From the NCBI GenBank assembly GCA_038245785.1, contig JBBRSB010000043.1, forward strand, positions 1-24,802: DNA of 24,802 nucleotides. The letters run 5' to 3'. Position numbers and translations under genes: made by a program. The DNA is from Gloeobacterales cyanobacterium. Lineage in GTDB: Bacteria > Cyanobacteriota > Cyanobacteriia > Gloeobacterales > PMM-0068. The notes under the pieces were generated by a model, which saw nothing but the letters and a program-made list of their open reading frames with translations, had not been told where the DNA came from and did not search any database. Below, in pieces: positions 16,648-24,670 of the stretch (positions are counted from its first letter, which is position 1; each line of letters begins with the position of its first letter).

Positions 16648-16890
16648 GATATGTGTAGCAGAAAGAACAAGCAGCCCATCTTCTTCAACCACAGTGGGAA
16701 AATTATCAGAGTTGATGTCAGGATTTTGCATCTGTTCCTTCAAGATCAATTGTTTTTGGCCTAAGCCTTCCACTAGTTCTAATGCAGAGACTCCCTGTCC
16801 CCCTGCTATCTCCAGTATCCCTGTCTAGGCATACTCAGAAATAGTATCCCAGTGTCCTATGTCATGTCGGGGCTTGGCTTTGCCATAAAC
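16648..16890 (-). pseudogene. Degraded small DNA-binding (RHH/CopG-like) gene
   Basis: YGKAKPRH...ISEYA*TGILEIA..QGVSALELVE.LG pattern with TAG at 16825-16827; start not identifiable. Confidence 0.35.
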
Positions 16891-16957
16891 AAACAAGTGC
16901 CTTCAGGAGACGGCACTTGGCCAATGCCCGTTCCTGTCCCAAGGCATTACCGAAGGC

Positions 16958-17137
16958 TCAAGCTTCTATCACCCAACCCTTTCGGTCATCATATTTGACG
17001 GGTTTAGCGTCGGGTGGCCCTTGGGTATCCCAATCATAGGGTTCGTATTCTCCCAGACGGGAAAGGTCAGTATTTAACCAGTCCAAGTCTTCTTGGGTTA
17101 TTTCGGTATTGTTGAGGGGTAAAGAACGACTATCCAT
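16958..17137 (-). pseudogene. Small acidic hypothetical protein (antitoxin-like), possibly frameshifted near the 3' end
   Basis: MDSRSLPL...DWLNTDLSRLGEYEPYDW...KPVKY, with an alternative-frame tail DDRKGWVIEA*. Not in the ORF track. Confidence 0.4.
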
Positions 17138-17404
17138 TGTCTAAACTTAGCGCATAGACTCTTAATTGCTTTCATATTGCCACAAAAAATCGTTGTTTTT
17201 CCTGATAATGATCTACAGTACGAAAACAGCTCATGCGCAAAACTTGGAGCATTTACAATTTTAAAAAGACGAGCTCTCCTTTTTGTTGAACTTTCACGAG
17301 GCGTGGTGCCCCAGAGGCATATATGGCTAGATAATGGAATCAGTGGATAGTCGGTCTAGACCGACTCCAGTTTCCCCAGCGAGTTCTCCTTACCGAGATA
17401 GAGA

Positions 17405-17845
17405 ATGCAAACCACCACCCTCTATGACCAAGACTTCTACGCCTGGACGCAGCGCCAAATGCAGCTACTCCAAGCAGGAAGCTGGAATGAGCTGGATATT
17501 GAAAACTTGATTGAGGAGCTGGATTCCTTGGGTAAGCAACAACGCCAAGAGCTACGCAACCGCCTTGAGGTGCTCTTGGGGCATCTGCTCAAGTGGCGTT
17601 ATCAGCCTGAGGGCCGCTCTAAAAGCTGGTTGTACACTATTCGTGAACAGCGTCAGAAGATTCAACGTCACCTGAAAGAAAACCCCAGCCTCAAACCCTA
17701 TCTGCCAGAGGCCATCGAAATTGGCTATGAGCAAGGATTGAACTTGGTGGGTAAAGAGACCCCTCTAAACCCAGACGAACTCCCCCAAGTCTGCCCCTTC
17801 TCAGAGTTTGAAATTTTTGATGAGCCTATTGAACTAGAGGATTGA
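17405..17845 (+). CDS. DUF29 family protein
   Basis: LYDQDFYAW, LDIENLIEEL, LLGHLLKW.YQP, SW..TI.EQR, NPSLK, P..CPF. Confidence 0.93.
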   Translation: MQTTTLYDQDFYAWTQRQMQLLQAGSWNELDIENLIEELDSLGKQQRQELRNRLEVLLGHLLKWRYQPEGRSKSWLYTIREQRQKIQRHLKENPSLKPYLPEAIEIGYEQGLNLVGKETPLNPDELPQVCPFSEFEIFDEPIELED

Positions 17846-17864
17846 CGCTCGGATCATCCAGCCT

Positions 17865-18659
17865 CTACATTCTCCACATTTGAAGGAGTAACCATACTCC
17901 CCATCCAACTGTAAGCACACCGATTGCTCGACTTATCCACTGTCCAGCGGGAACTACTTTCTCAACAAGAACACAACCCGCAATGACTGCGACCCACAGC
18001 AAGTTCATTACTCCTGCTACAAAGAGCAGTGTCATCAGCAGCCAGCAACAGCCGACGCAGTAGACGCCATGTCGCAGGCCCATGAGGAGCGTACCCTGTG
18101 TTCCTTCTCTCCATTCGGTCATAAGGAAGCCAAGTGGCGTGCGGCAATGCGATAGGCAGATGTACTTGAGCGGCGTGAACTGATACGTGCCAGCCAGGAT
18201 GAGCAAAATCCCGCCCAACAAAGGAGTGACCTTTATCATTTCCGACGAAAGTAATGCGGCTGAATGCAATCCCCACTGAACCAAAGTGGCTCCGGCGCTA
18301 AATGAACTCCACACAAGCAAGTAGCCAAGCAAAAATACCACCGTTGCAGGGATTGGTGTTTGGTCTGCATGTCGCTGACGATTGACTTTGGCAAACGTGA
18401 GAATCATCGGCGTGGCCGAAGGCGTCATCATGGCCACCATCATGACGGTCCACATCAAGAAGGTCAGGAGAATGTCTCCGCTTCTCCAGGCTTCCAGTAT
18501 GACGGGCATGGACATCTCCATGTGGTTGATGTCCATGCCCGTCATACTGGAAGCCAACTGAAGCAAATACACCCACGCCAGTGCGGTAACCGCGACCAGA
18601 CCTGCAATCACGATGATGCGGTCTCTTTTCAGCACGGTCGCGGCAAATTTAGTCAACAT
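17865..18659 (-). CDS. DUF2182 predicted metal-binding integral membrane protein
   Basis: MWTVMMVAMMTPS, YQFTPLK..CL.HCR.P, YCVGCCWLLM, EK. 3 nt downstream of the DUF1326 gene. Confidence 0.92.
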   Translation of the reverse strand: MLTKFAATVLKRDRIIVIAGLVAVTALAWVYLLQLASSMTGMDINHMEMSMPVILEAWRSGDILLTFLMWTVMMVAMMTPSATPMILTFAKVNRQRHADQTPIPATVVFLLGYLLVWSSFSAGATLVQWGLHSAALLSSEMIKVTPLLGGILLILAGTYQFTPLKYICLSHCRTPLGFLMTEWREGTQGTLLMGLRHGVYCVGCCWLLMTLLFVAGVMNLLWVAVIAGCVLVEKVVPAGQWISRAIGVLTVGWGVWLLLQMWRM

Positions 18660-18662
18660 GGC

Positions 18663-19268
18663 TTAACTTGCCTGATACGCAAACGGTGAGAAGAACCCAT
18701 TCTTCTCCGAAATTTCCCATTGCAACCCATAGTCGTGGTAACTCAACTTCTTCGACTTGGCAACCGTTGCGGGATAGCCAGGAGAGATGGCTAGCGGATG
18801 CCCATTGACCGTAACATCAGAACCGCCTGCGCCGCTGATGGCTTCAATCTCAGCCTCCCCAACATCGGCAATTTTCAAACTGCGTCGCTTGCCGTTGGCG
18901 TGGTAGTCAATCCCAACGCTCTTAGCGCCCAGGACTTCCCCCACGAAGGACACGAGTACAGCGGGATGCCCGCCTGCCTGGCCCGTGAAGATTTGCATGA
19001 GGGCGTTCTTTTGGGCTTCAGAGGCTTTGTCATCGAAATACAGAGCGGCTTTCCATTTTGTTGTGGCCATGTGACCCGGTGAATGCACGGCAAGTGCCAC
19101 ATTCAACCCGTCCAGGGTGACGTTGTCAGAATTGCCCTTGTCAATGTGCCACCCGACGAGCACCGTGCATTCTCCTGTCGTTGGGGGACTTAAGAAGACG
19201 CATGGGCAGGCAACGTCACAATTACACGCCTCAAAATACGTGCCAGTAAGACTCCATTTCTCAGACAT
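18663..19268 (-). CDS. DUF1326 family protein
   Basis: W.L.G.YFEACNC...CPC, W..ALY.D..AS..Q..AL..IF.G.AGG; AAGGAG RBS. Customary partner of DUF2182. Confidence 0.92.
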   Translation of the reverse strand: MSEKWSLTGTYFEACNCDVACPCVFLSPPTTGECTVLVGWHIDKGNSDNVTLDGLNVALAVHSPGHMATTKWKAALYFDDKASEAQKNALMQIFTGQAGGHPAVLVSFVGEVLGAKSVGIDYHANGKRRSLKIADVGEAEIEAISGAGGSDVTVNGHPLAISPGYPATVAKSKKLSYHDYGLQWEISEKNGFFSPFAYQAS

Positions 19269-19395
19269 ACTTTGTTCTCCTTTTCTTGTCTATGAACTGA
19301 TGTGCCGTTAAGCGATGGTTAGAGAGAGTTGAAGGCATTTCCCTAAACTAATTACCTCGTTGCGGCACAGGCCACGCCGTCTTAAGGAGGGTGCC

Positions 19396-19479
19396 GCCCA
19401 ACGCTGGCATCACCGGGCGGTCATGGATTTTGCTACTCAAATAATAGCTTGCCGTTTCGCGTGCAAGCTGTGGTTAATT
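19396..19479 (-). other. Integron attC site (84 bp)
   Basis: Minus strand AATTAAC-CACAGCTTGCACGCG...CCGCCCGGTGATGCCAGC-GTTGGGC: inverse core, imperfect L-box palindrome and GTTRRRY core. Confidence 0.8.
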
Positions 19480-19731
19480 CTTCTATTGATAGGGTTAAAC
19501 CCTCATAACTAATTCATTGAAAAATCTCAAGCTGTCTAAGACCACGAAAACTGATTTTAATCCAAGCTTTTCAATGGCCATTTTTAGTACTCTGGAGGGG
19601 GATTCGTGAGGATTTCCCTATCCAGATTGTGCTGCTGACTGAACCCCTTCATTCTCAATTATCTTCTTGACAGCATATCTTTATCTGGAAATTGGGTCTA
19701 AAACCCTGTGCTTTAGCACGGCGCCCTTACA

Positions 19732-19762
19732 ATCTTACATGGAATAAGCTATAATGTAAGAT
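19732..19762 (+). promoter_or_regulatory. tnpB promoter with perfect -10 box inside a 9-bp inverted repeat
   Basis: TATAAT at 19750-19755, 7 nt before the ATG. ATCTTACAT (19732) / ATGTAAGAT (19754) dyad. Confidence 0.55.
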
Positions 19763-20935
19763 ATGGCACATAAGGCATTCAAGTACAGGTTTTACCCAAA
19801 CGCAGAGCAAGAAACACTGCTCCGCCGCACACTCGGTTGCGCCCGTTTGGTCTACAATCGTGCTTTAGCCTTGCGTACAGAAGCCTGGTACGAAAGAAAA
19901 GAGCGGATTGATTACGTAAAAACCTCAGCGCATCTAACTCAATGGAAAAAGCAAGAAGACCTAATCTTCCTCAATGAAGTGAGCTCTGTGCCCTTGCAGC
20001 AAGGGCTCAGGCATTTACAAACCGCATTTACTAATTTCTTCTCAGGCAGAGCCAAATATCCTAATTTCAAGAAAAAGCATCAAGGGGGCAGCGCTGAATT
20101 TACACTAGCGGCTTTCAGGTTTAAAGATGGTCAAATCTATCTAGCCAAGTGCAAGAAGCCTTTAGCTATCCGATGGAGTCAGCAATTACCTAAAGGTGTA
20201 GAGCCTTCAGCAGTAACCGTTAAACTAGACGCCTCTGGGCGCTGGACCGTTTCTTTGCTTGTTGAAACCGAGATAGATAAACTACCAATTTCTTTTATTA
20301 ATGTAGGGATTGATTTAGGGATAACCAGTCTAATTACTCTGTCTGATGGCTCTAAGGTCTCTAATCCTAAAACCTTTAATGCCAAATACAAGAAGCTTCG
20401 TAAAGCGCAGAAAGCACTTAGCCGAAAGGTCAAAGGTTCTAGTAACAGGCAAAAAGCTCGTTTGCAAGTCGCTAAGGTTCATGCCCAGATTAGCGATGCT
20501 AGAAAAGATTTTCTCCATAAGGTAACGACTCAATTGATTCGTGATAACCAAACGATTGTAATTGAAGACTTGGCTGTGAAGAATATGGTGAAGAACCATA
20601 AACTCGCTCGTGCTATCAGCGACGCTAGTTGGGGTGAATTGGTCCGTCAGCTCACCTATAAAGCTGAGTGGTATGGTCGGACCTTGATTAAGATAGACCG
20701 TTGGTTTCCTAGCTCTAAGCGCTGTAATTCCTGCGGTTACGTAGTTGATAAGTTGCCATTGAATATCCGTGAATGGACTTGCTCTAAATGTAGTGCAGTG
20801 CATGACCGAGATATCAATGCAGCGATTAACGTTTTGGCCGCTGGGCTAGCGGTGTCAGCTTCTGGAGCATCTGTAAGACCAAAGGGCATTAGCCCAGAGG
20901 CTGGAGCGTTGAAAGAAGAATCCTTTGCCCTTTAG
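19763..20935 (+). CDS. tnpB: RNA-guided endonuclease TnpB, apparently intact
   Basis: KAFKYRFYP HTH, RuvC-I GIDLG, RuvC-II VIEDL, Zn finger CNSC/CSKC, RuvC-III HDRDINAAIN. Confidence 0.96.
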   Translation: MAHKAFKYRFYPNAEQETLLRRTLGCARLVYNRALALRTEAWYERKERIDYVKTSAHLTQWKKQEDLIFLNEVSSVPLQQGLRHLQTAFTNFFSGRAKYPNFKKKHQGGSAEFTLAAFRFKDGQIYLAKCKKPLAIRWSQQLPKGVEPSAVTVKLDASGRWTVSLLVETEIDKLPISFINVGIDLGITSLITLSDGSKVSNPKTFNAKYKKLRKAQKALSRKVKGSSNRQKARLQVAKVHAQISDARKDFLHKVTTQLIRDNQTIVIEDLAVKNMVKNHKLARAISDASWGELVRQLTYKAEWYGRTLIKIDRWFPSSKRCNSCGYVVDKLPLNIREWTCSKCSAVHDRDINAAINVLAAGLAVSASGASVRPKGISPEAGALKEESFAL

Positions 20936-20970
20936 GGCGAGGAGTGTCAAACTTCGACTTTGTAGTTGAG
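20800..20970 (+). ncRNA. Predicted TnpB omega/reRNA (scaffold over the tnpB 3' end and right end, guide from the flank starting at 20951)
   Basis: Position inferred from known TnpB biology and the TCAA right end; 5' boundary approximate. Confidence 0.55.
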
Positions 20971-21333
20971 CTGATGCTCATCACCGGGTAAGCCTCGAAA
21001 GCCCCAATTATGTTTTGGCGTTTCAAATATTGTAATCTCCAAGTCTTGCGCTGCAATCCCAAGGGACTGAACCCGTTCAAACAATAACCGAATCAACTGC
21101 TTTTTAGCTTCAACACTACGTCCCTCAAACATACTAAACTCGATAATGGTGTATCGTTCCGTGCGTCCATTGGGGTAGAAAAAGTCACTGGCATCGAGCG
21201 GGAAAAATCGGTGCGCCCGTTTATCAGGAGGGTATTGAAGCGCATCCATCACGCAGGAATGGATGATATCGGAAAGTTTTTGTTTGATTGGGTCAAGATG
21301 CACTCTCAAACCATAAATTTTGACTTGTGACAT
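20947..21333 (-). CDS. Tautomerase-superfamily protein (4-OT/MSAD-like), gene cassette
   Basis: QVKIYG, IIEFSMFEGRSVEAKKQL, DLEITIFETPKHNWG.RG. Lies between attC sites. Confidence 0.88.
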   Translation of the reverse strand: MSQVKIYGLRVHLDPIKQKLSDIIHSCVMDALQYPPDKRAHRFFPLDASDFFYPNGRTERYTIIEFSMFEGRSVEAKKQLIRLLFERVQSLGIAAQDLEITIFETPKHNWGFRGLPGDEHQLNYKVEV

Positions 21334-21521
21334 TGCACTATGTAACTCAGCAACTATTCATTAAAACCTGCGTGACTGCCCACCGATCACCTCAAAACAC
21401 CTGAATGCTGAATACCAATAGACGTTCTTCAAACAAACGTCTCATCAAGAGCATCTACAAAATTCACTCTGAACACCGATAGATCGCTTTCAAATTATTG
21501 TCAACACGACTAAACCAAGCA

Positions 21522-21608
21522 GCATAACGTTCCTAATCACCCGCCGCAGACAGCCTCGAATGCTAACAGATAACCTCTCAACGGTCGGTGTGCATGGGGT
21601 TGTTAGGC
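21522..21608 (-). other. Integron attC site (87 bp)
   Basis: Minus strand GCCTAAC-AACCCCATGCACACCGACCG...CGGCGGGTGATTAGGAAC-GTTATGC, 5 nt after the SDR's true stop. Confidence 0.88.
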
Positions 21609-21613
21609 TGCTG

Positions 21614-22348
21614 CTATATACCTCCTGTAACGTCAATAAATGAACCTGTTGTGTAGGAAGCCTCATCTGACAATAACCACAAAATTGCTTGTGCCACCTC
21701 AATTACCTATCCCCCTCGCTTCATCGGAATAAACGCCTTGACTCTATCAACACGATTCGGTTCACCCCCGTTGGCATGAATATCCGTATAAATAACGCCT
21801 GGACGAACAGCGTTCACCCGAATCCCCTCGTTGGCAACTTCTTTTGCAAGTCCAATTGTCATCGTATCGATCGCTCCTTTAGAAGCAGCGTAGTCTACAT
21901 ACTCGCCGGGAGAGCCAAGGCGAGAAGCCCCCGATGAGACGTTAACAATTCCCCCTCCTGTACCGCCATGGAGGGTAGACATTCGTTTGACCGCTTCTCT
22001 CGCACACAAGAAGCTTCCTATGATGTTTGTCGCAAAGACTCGGTTTAGACGAGCAGCATTCATGCTCTCAACTCTCATTTGCGGCTCTAGGATTCCAGCA
22101 TTGTTAACCAAAGCTGTCATGGTGCCTAATTGCTCATCGACCTTGTTAAACAGATCAATAACGTCAGTCTCTGAGACTACGTCAGCAGCGACTGCGATCG
22201 CTCTACCGCCAAGCTGTTCGATCAAATCGACAATCATATTTGCAGCTTCTTGGTTATGAAGATAAGTGAGGCAAACAGCATAACCTCGCTCAACGGCAAG
22301 GCTGGCAGTAGCAGCACCAATACCACGACTACCCCCTGTAACGATCAT
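21614..22348 (-). pseudogene. SDR oxidoreductase cassette with in-frame TAG (21707-21709)
   Basis: TGGSRGIG, NNAG, YAASK. Continues RGG*VIEVAQAILWLLSDEASYTTGSFIDVTGGI to TAG at 21614. Confidence 0.9.
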
Positions 22349-22461
22349 AACTTTAGAAAGCTAAAAAATACTTCTATCAAAAGCATAGTGTTCAATTACA
22401 CCTATATTTTGATCACTCAACAAGCGACCTGGATATATTGCTACAGCTGATCACTTTAGCA

Positions 22462-22551
22462 GCCTAACAGCCGTGAACTCATCGGCGCACTGGGAAATTG
22501 CGGAAAAAACCAGCGAATCTACCGTGCGTCCAATGCTGTGAGTAGTTAGGA
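22462..22551 (-). other. Integron attC site (90 bp)
   Basis: Minus strand TCCTAAC-TACTCACAGCATTGGACGCAC...GTGCGCCGATGAGTTCACGGCT-GTTAGGC. Confidence 0.8.
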
Positions 22552-22853
22552 CTAGGCATACTAAAAGCAGCAAAACTTAACTCTTGAAAGCCGACTGCGC
22601 GATGTGTTAATCGTACCGCCTCAACAAAGGATTTTGCAATTGGGAGTTCCACTCATTGCCTATATTTTAAAAGAATAGTAGAATTTGCTTGAAGCCTGTA
22701 ATGGTTTCCCTGCTTAATATAAGCAGCTAACGAGAATACAGCTCTTTTCAGTCTGATGAGGTACAGTAAAAGCCCTGAAACATTTGCTATATGCCGATCT
22801 AAGATCTTGATTCGTACCTAACTAGAGTGGGAAACGCTGTAGGAATTTCAAAT

Positions 22854-23069
22854 ATGGCTTTAGATCAACTCGAGGCGTTTTTAAAGAAAATGCAGTCTGA
22901 ACCTGCACTTAAGAACGAGGTGCTCAAAGCATCAACTGCAGATGATGTTGCGCGAATAGCACTAAAACTTGGTTTTGAATTTTCAGGTGATGAATTACTG
23001 AGAATGTCAGGAAAGAAATTTGGCGGAGTTACTATTATAAAAACCGATCTTCCTGGGGAGTATAATTAA
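22854..23069 (+). CDS. Nif11-like leader peptide family protein, in an inverted cassette
   Basis: MALDQLEAFLKKMQSEPALKNEV..A...DDVA.IA..LGFEFSGDEL matches the Nif11 leader pattern. Confidence 0.82.
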   Translation: MALDQLEAFLKKMQSEPALKNEVLKASTADDVARIALKLGFEFSGDELLRMSGKKFGGVTIIKTDLPGEYN

Positions 23070-23190
23070 ATGCTTTTTGAATGTCTGATTGTACAAGCAC
23101 AGGAAGAATAAACACTATATTTGCTTCAAATCAAGAGTATCTTTACCCGAATTAAACGCCCTCTTGAGCAGCTCTCATAACTCTTCATAG

Positions 23191-23408
23191 GCCTAACTAC
23201 TTATTGGACTGAATAAATTCCACCTAAAACACCAAACAGGGATCTTAGGTAGATTTATTTTCACCTATCTCATCCAAACAGATGATTAGGTAGAAAGACT
23301 CATACTCTAATTCTACCTAACACCCTAGTAGGGATCTTAGGCTGAAATGCTTCTGTATAACCACCCATCCGAGAGTGCACTAAATCGGGGGAAGGTCACT
23401 TATTGGGC
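23191..23408 (-). repeat. Atypical 218-bp cassette boundary with four dyad sites and a terminal GTTAGGC core
   Basis: Starts 3 nt after the GrpB stop with GCCCAAT and ends GTCCAAT-AAGTA-GTTAGGC. Internal TTCYACCTAA-N16/17-TTAGGYRGAA-like dyads at about 23218, 23259, 23311 and (degenerate) 23351. Confidence 0.7.
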
Positions 23409-23411
23409 AGC

Positions 23412-23969
23412 TCACCAGCATTGTAGATCTTTGGGATAGCCACTGCCTAATGCCTTGGAGATAATCCCCTCTATGAAGTTGGTCTTCGCACGTGCATATG
23501 CCTCACGAGATTCGCGATCAATCGGTGTAAGCTGGCTGGCCAGGTCTCGTTTTAGCTGTTCGTATTCACGAGCCGCATCGCCGTGGTCGCGAAGATAATC
23601 CCGAAAGGCCAGTGTCCGCCGTTCTTCCGCGCCGCCTCCTTCAACAACGTGAATATGATGAGTATGAGGCCACCGGGACGGCCTGTAAAAGAATGGGCAG
23701 AATGAGTCGTCAGGATGAGGAACGTGAACGTAACCGATGCTCCGAAGGGATCCGCTGTAAGTCGCCAGTGGTTGAAGAGCGGCAACTGACACCTGGATGT
23801 CGATGATAGGTTTGGCGGCGAGTCCAGGAATCGAGGTCGAGCCGTTATGGTCAATGCGCAAGGCCAAGCAGCCAAGCGTGTGGCGAAGACGGATGGCCTC
23901 CGATTCGAAAGCCGCAGGCCAACTGGAATTATAGGGGACGATCTCAAACTTGTTTTCGTAAACCGTCAT
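23412..23969 (-). CDS. GrpB family (UPF0157) nucleotidyltransferase-like protein, gene cassette
   Basis: IVPYNSSWP..F..E, IDHNGSTSIPGLAAKPIIDIQV, HIHV, LAFRDYLR, Y..LK..LA, Y..AK. Start set at the ATG 8 nt after the attC core. Confidence 0.92.
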   Translation of the reverse strand: MTVYENKFEIVPYNSSWPAAFESEAIRLRHTLGCLALRIDHNGSTSIPGLAAKPIIDIQVSVAALQPLATYSGSLRSIGYVHVPHPDDSFCPFFYRPSRWPHTHHIHVVEGGGAEERRTLAFRDYLRDHGDAAREYEQLKRDLASQLTPIDRESREAYARAKTNFIEGIISKALGSGYPKDLQCW

Positions 23970-23977
23970 TCTCGTCT

Positions 23978-24018
23978 GCCTAACGATACCCATAACCCGC
24001 CGCTAACCTATGTTAGGG
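23978..24018 (-). other. Shortened attC site (41 bp)
   Basis: Minus strand CCCTAAC-ATAGGTTAGCGGCGGGTTATGGGTATC-GTTAGGC. The upstream gene's TAA lies in the inverse core. Confidence 0.7.
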
Positions 24019-24560
24019 CCACTCCGTCGAATACACAGCAAATATCCGATAGGGCCCCGGTTCCATGTTTTTGAACTTGCCCTCCTCCAATAATTGCTGC
24101 GCCCGTTCGAAACTAGCGAGCAGGCAATGCTGATTGGTTTCCACTTCGGTAGCCAACGAATTGCAGGACAATGGGGAGCATTCTGCGCTTGTGCTCATAG
24201 AGAAGGTTACAACGTCGTAACCCTCCAATACCTTCTCAGTCGGCAGGACTACATGAGTTGGGAAAGAAGGCTCTAGCTTGAAGGTCGTCCAATGATTCTC
24301 AACATCATCGAACTCTAGGTCATGGACTTCGTAGAAGAAGAGCCTCGTCCCCGTCAGATCGATAGAGTTCTGCTGGCCTAACTGCAGGATGATTTCCGAG
24401 GAGTCGAAAAACCAGTAGCCATTGTGTTTCCAGTAGTTGATGTAGTCAGCGAAATTCTTCGATATGCAACCGCTGACTGATTAGATGTCCGCCACGCGCC
24501 CGGCGATGATCCACTCCGGGCGAACACTCACGCCTTTGCAATATACCCAACCGGGATCAT
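24013..24560 (-). pseudogene. Hypothetical-protein cassette (about 180 aa) with a 5' frameshift and in-frame TAA (24481-24483)
   Basis: MIPVGYIAK / VSVRPEWIIAGRVADI*SVSGCISKNFADYINYWKHNGYWFFDS... continuous into ORF 24013-24228. The ATG is 5 nt after the attC core. Confidence 0.75.
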
Positions 24561-24565
24561 GGTGG

Positions 24566-24670
24566 CCCTTGCGACCAAGCTCACCCGCTGCCGGAAGCGA
24601 AGAGAGTGAAGGGAGTTTGCGACCGAAACGAACGGAGCTGTAGGCGGTCGGGTGCAGCGCCTTTATGGGG
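24566..24670 (-). other. attC site with both core boxes degenerate
   Basis: Minus strand CCCCATA-AAGGCGCTGCACCCGACCGCC...GGCAGCGGGTGAGCTTGGTC-GCAAGGG. The inner palindrome is typical, but AAC/GTT are mutated. Confidence 0.72.

Larger units (their letters stand above)
19695..20950 (+). mobile_element. IS200/IS605-family, tnpB-only (IS1341-type) element
   Basis: Left hairpin CCTGTGCTTTAGCACGG; right end CCTTTGCCCTTTAGGGCGAGGAGTG-TCAA. Left boundary uncertain by a few nt. Confidence 0.85.

Noticed and set aside
19763..20935. TnpB as the effector of the CRISPR-like arrays
   Set aside because: It has its own IS ends and reRNA locus and lies over 7 kb from the nearest array. It is an ordinary IS605-family TnpB.
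4803..21709. Stop-codon reassignment or selenocysteine/pyrrolysine read-through
   Set aside because: TGA, TAG and TAA all occur internally at positions implying different amino acids, and all three are used as true stops in coupled genes. Mutation is the simpler explanation.
22706..22765. Possible fluoride (crcB) riboswitch-like words (AATGG...GCTAACGA / CTGATGA)
   Set aside because: P1 and pseudoknot pairings are not satisfied, and the downstream gene is not fluoride-related.
22753..22800. Hammerhead-like CTGATGA...GAAA
   Set aside because: Stem II pairs poorly, the cleavage triplet would be GCC rather than NUH, and no stem I partner was found.
14485..23947. Numerous overlapping or antisense ORFs within SDR, hydrolase, DUF2182, DUF1326, tnpB and GrpB genes
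   Set aside because: Shadow frames of well-supported genes, with no motifs or RBS.
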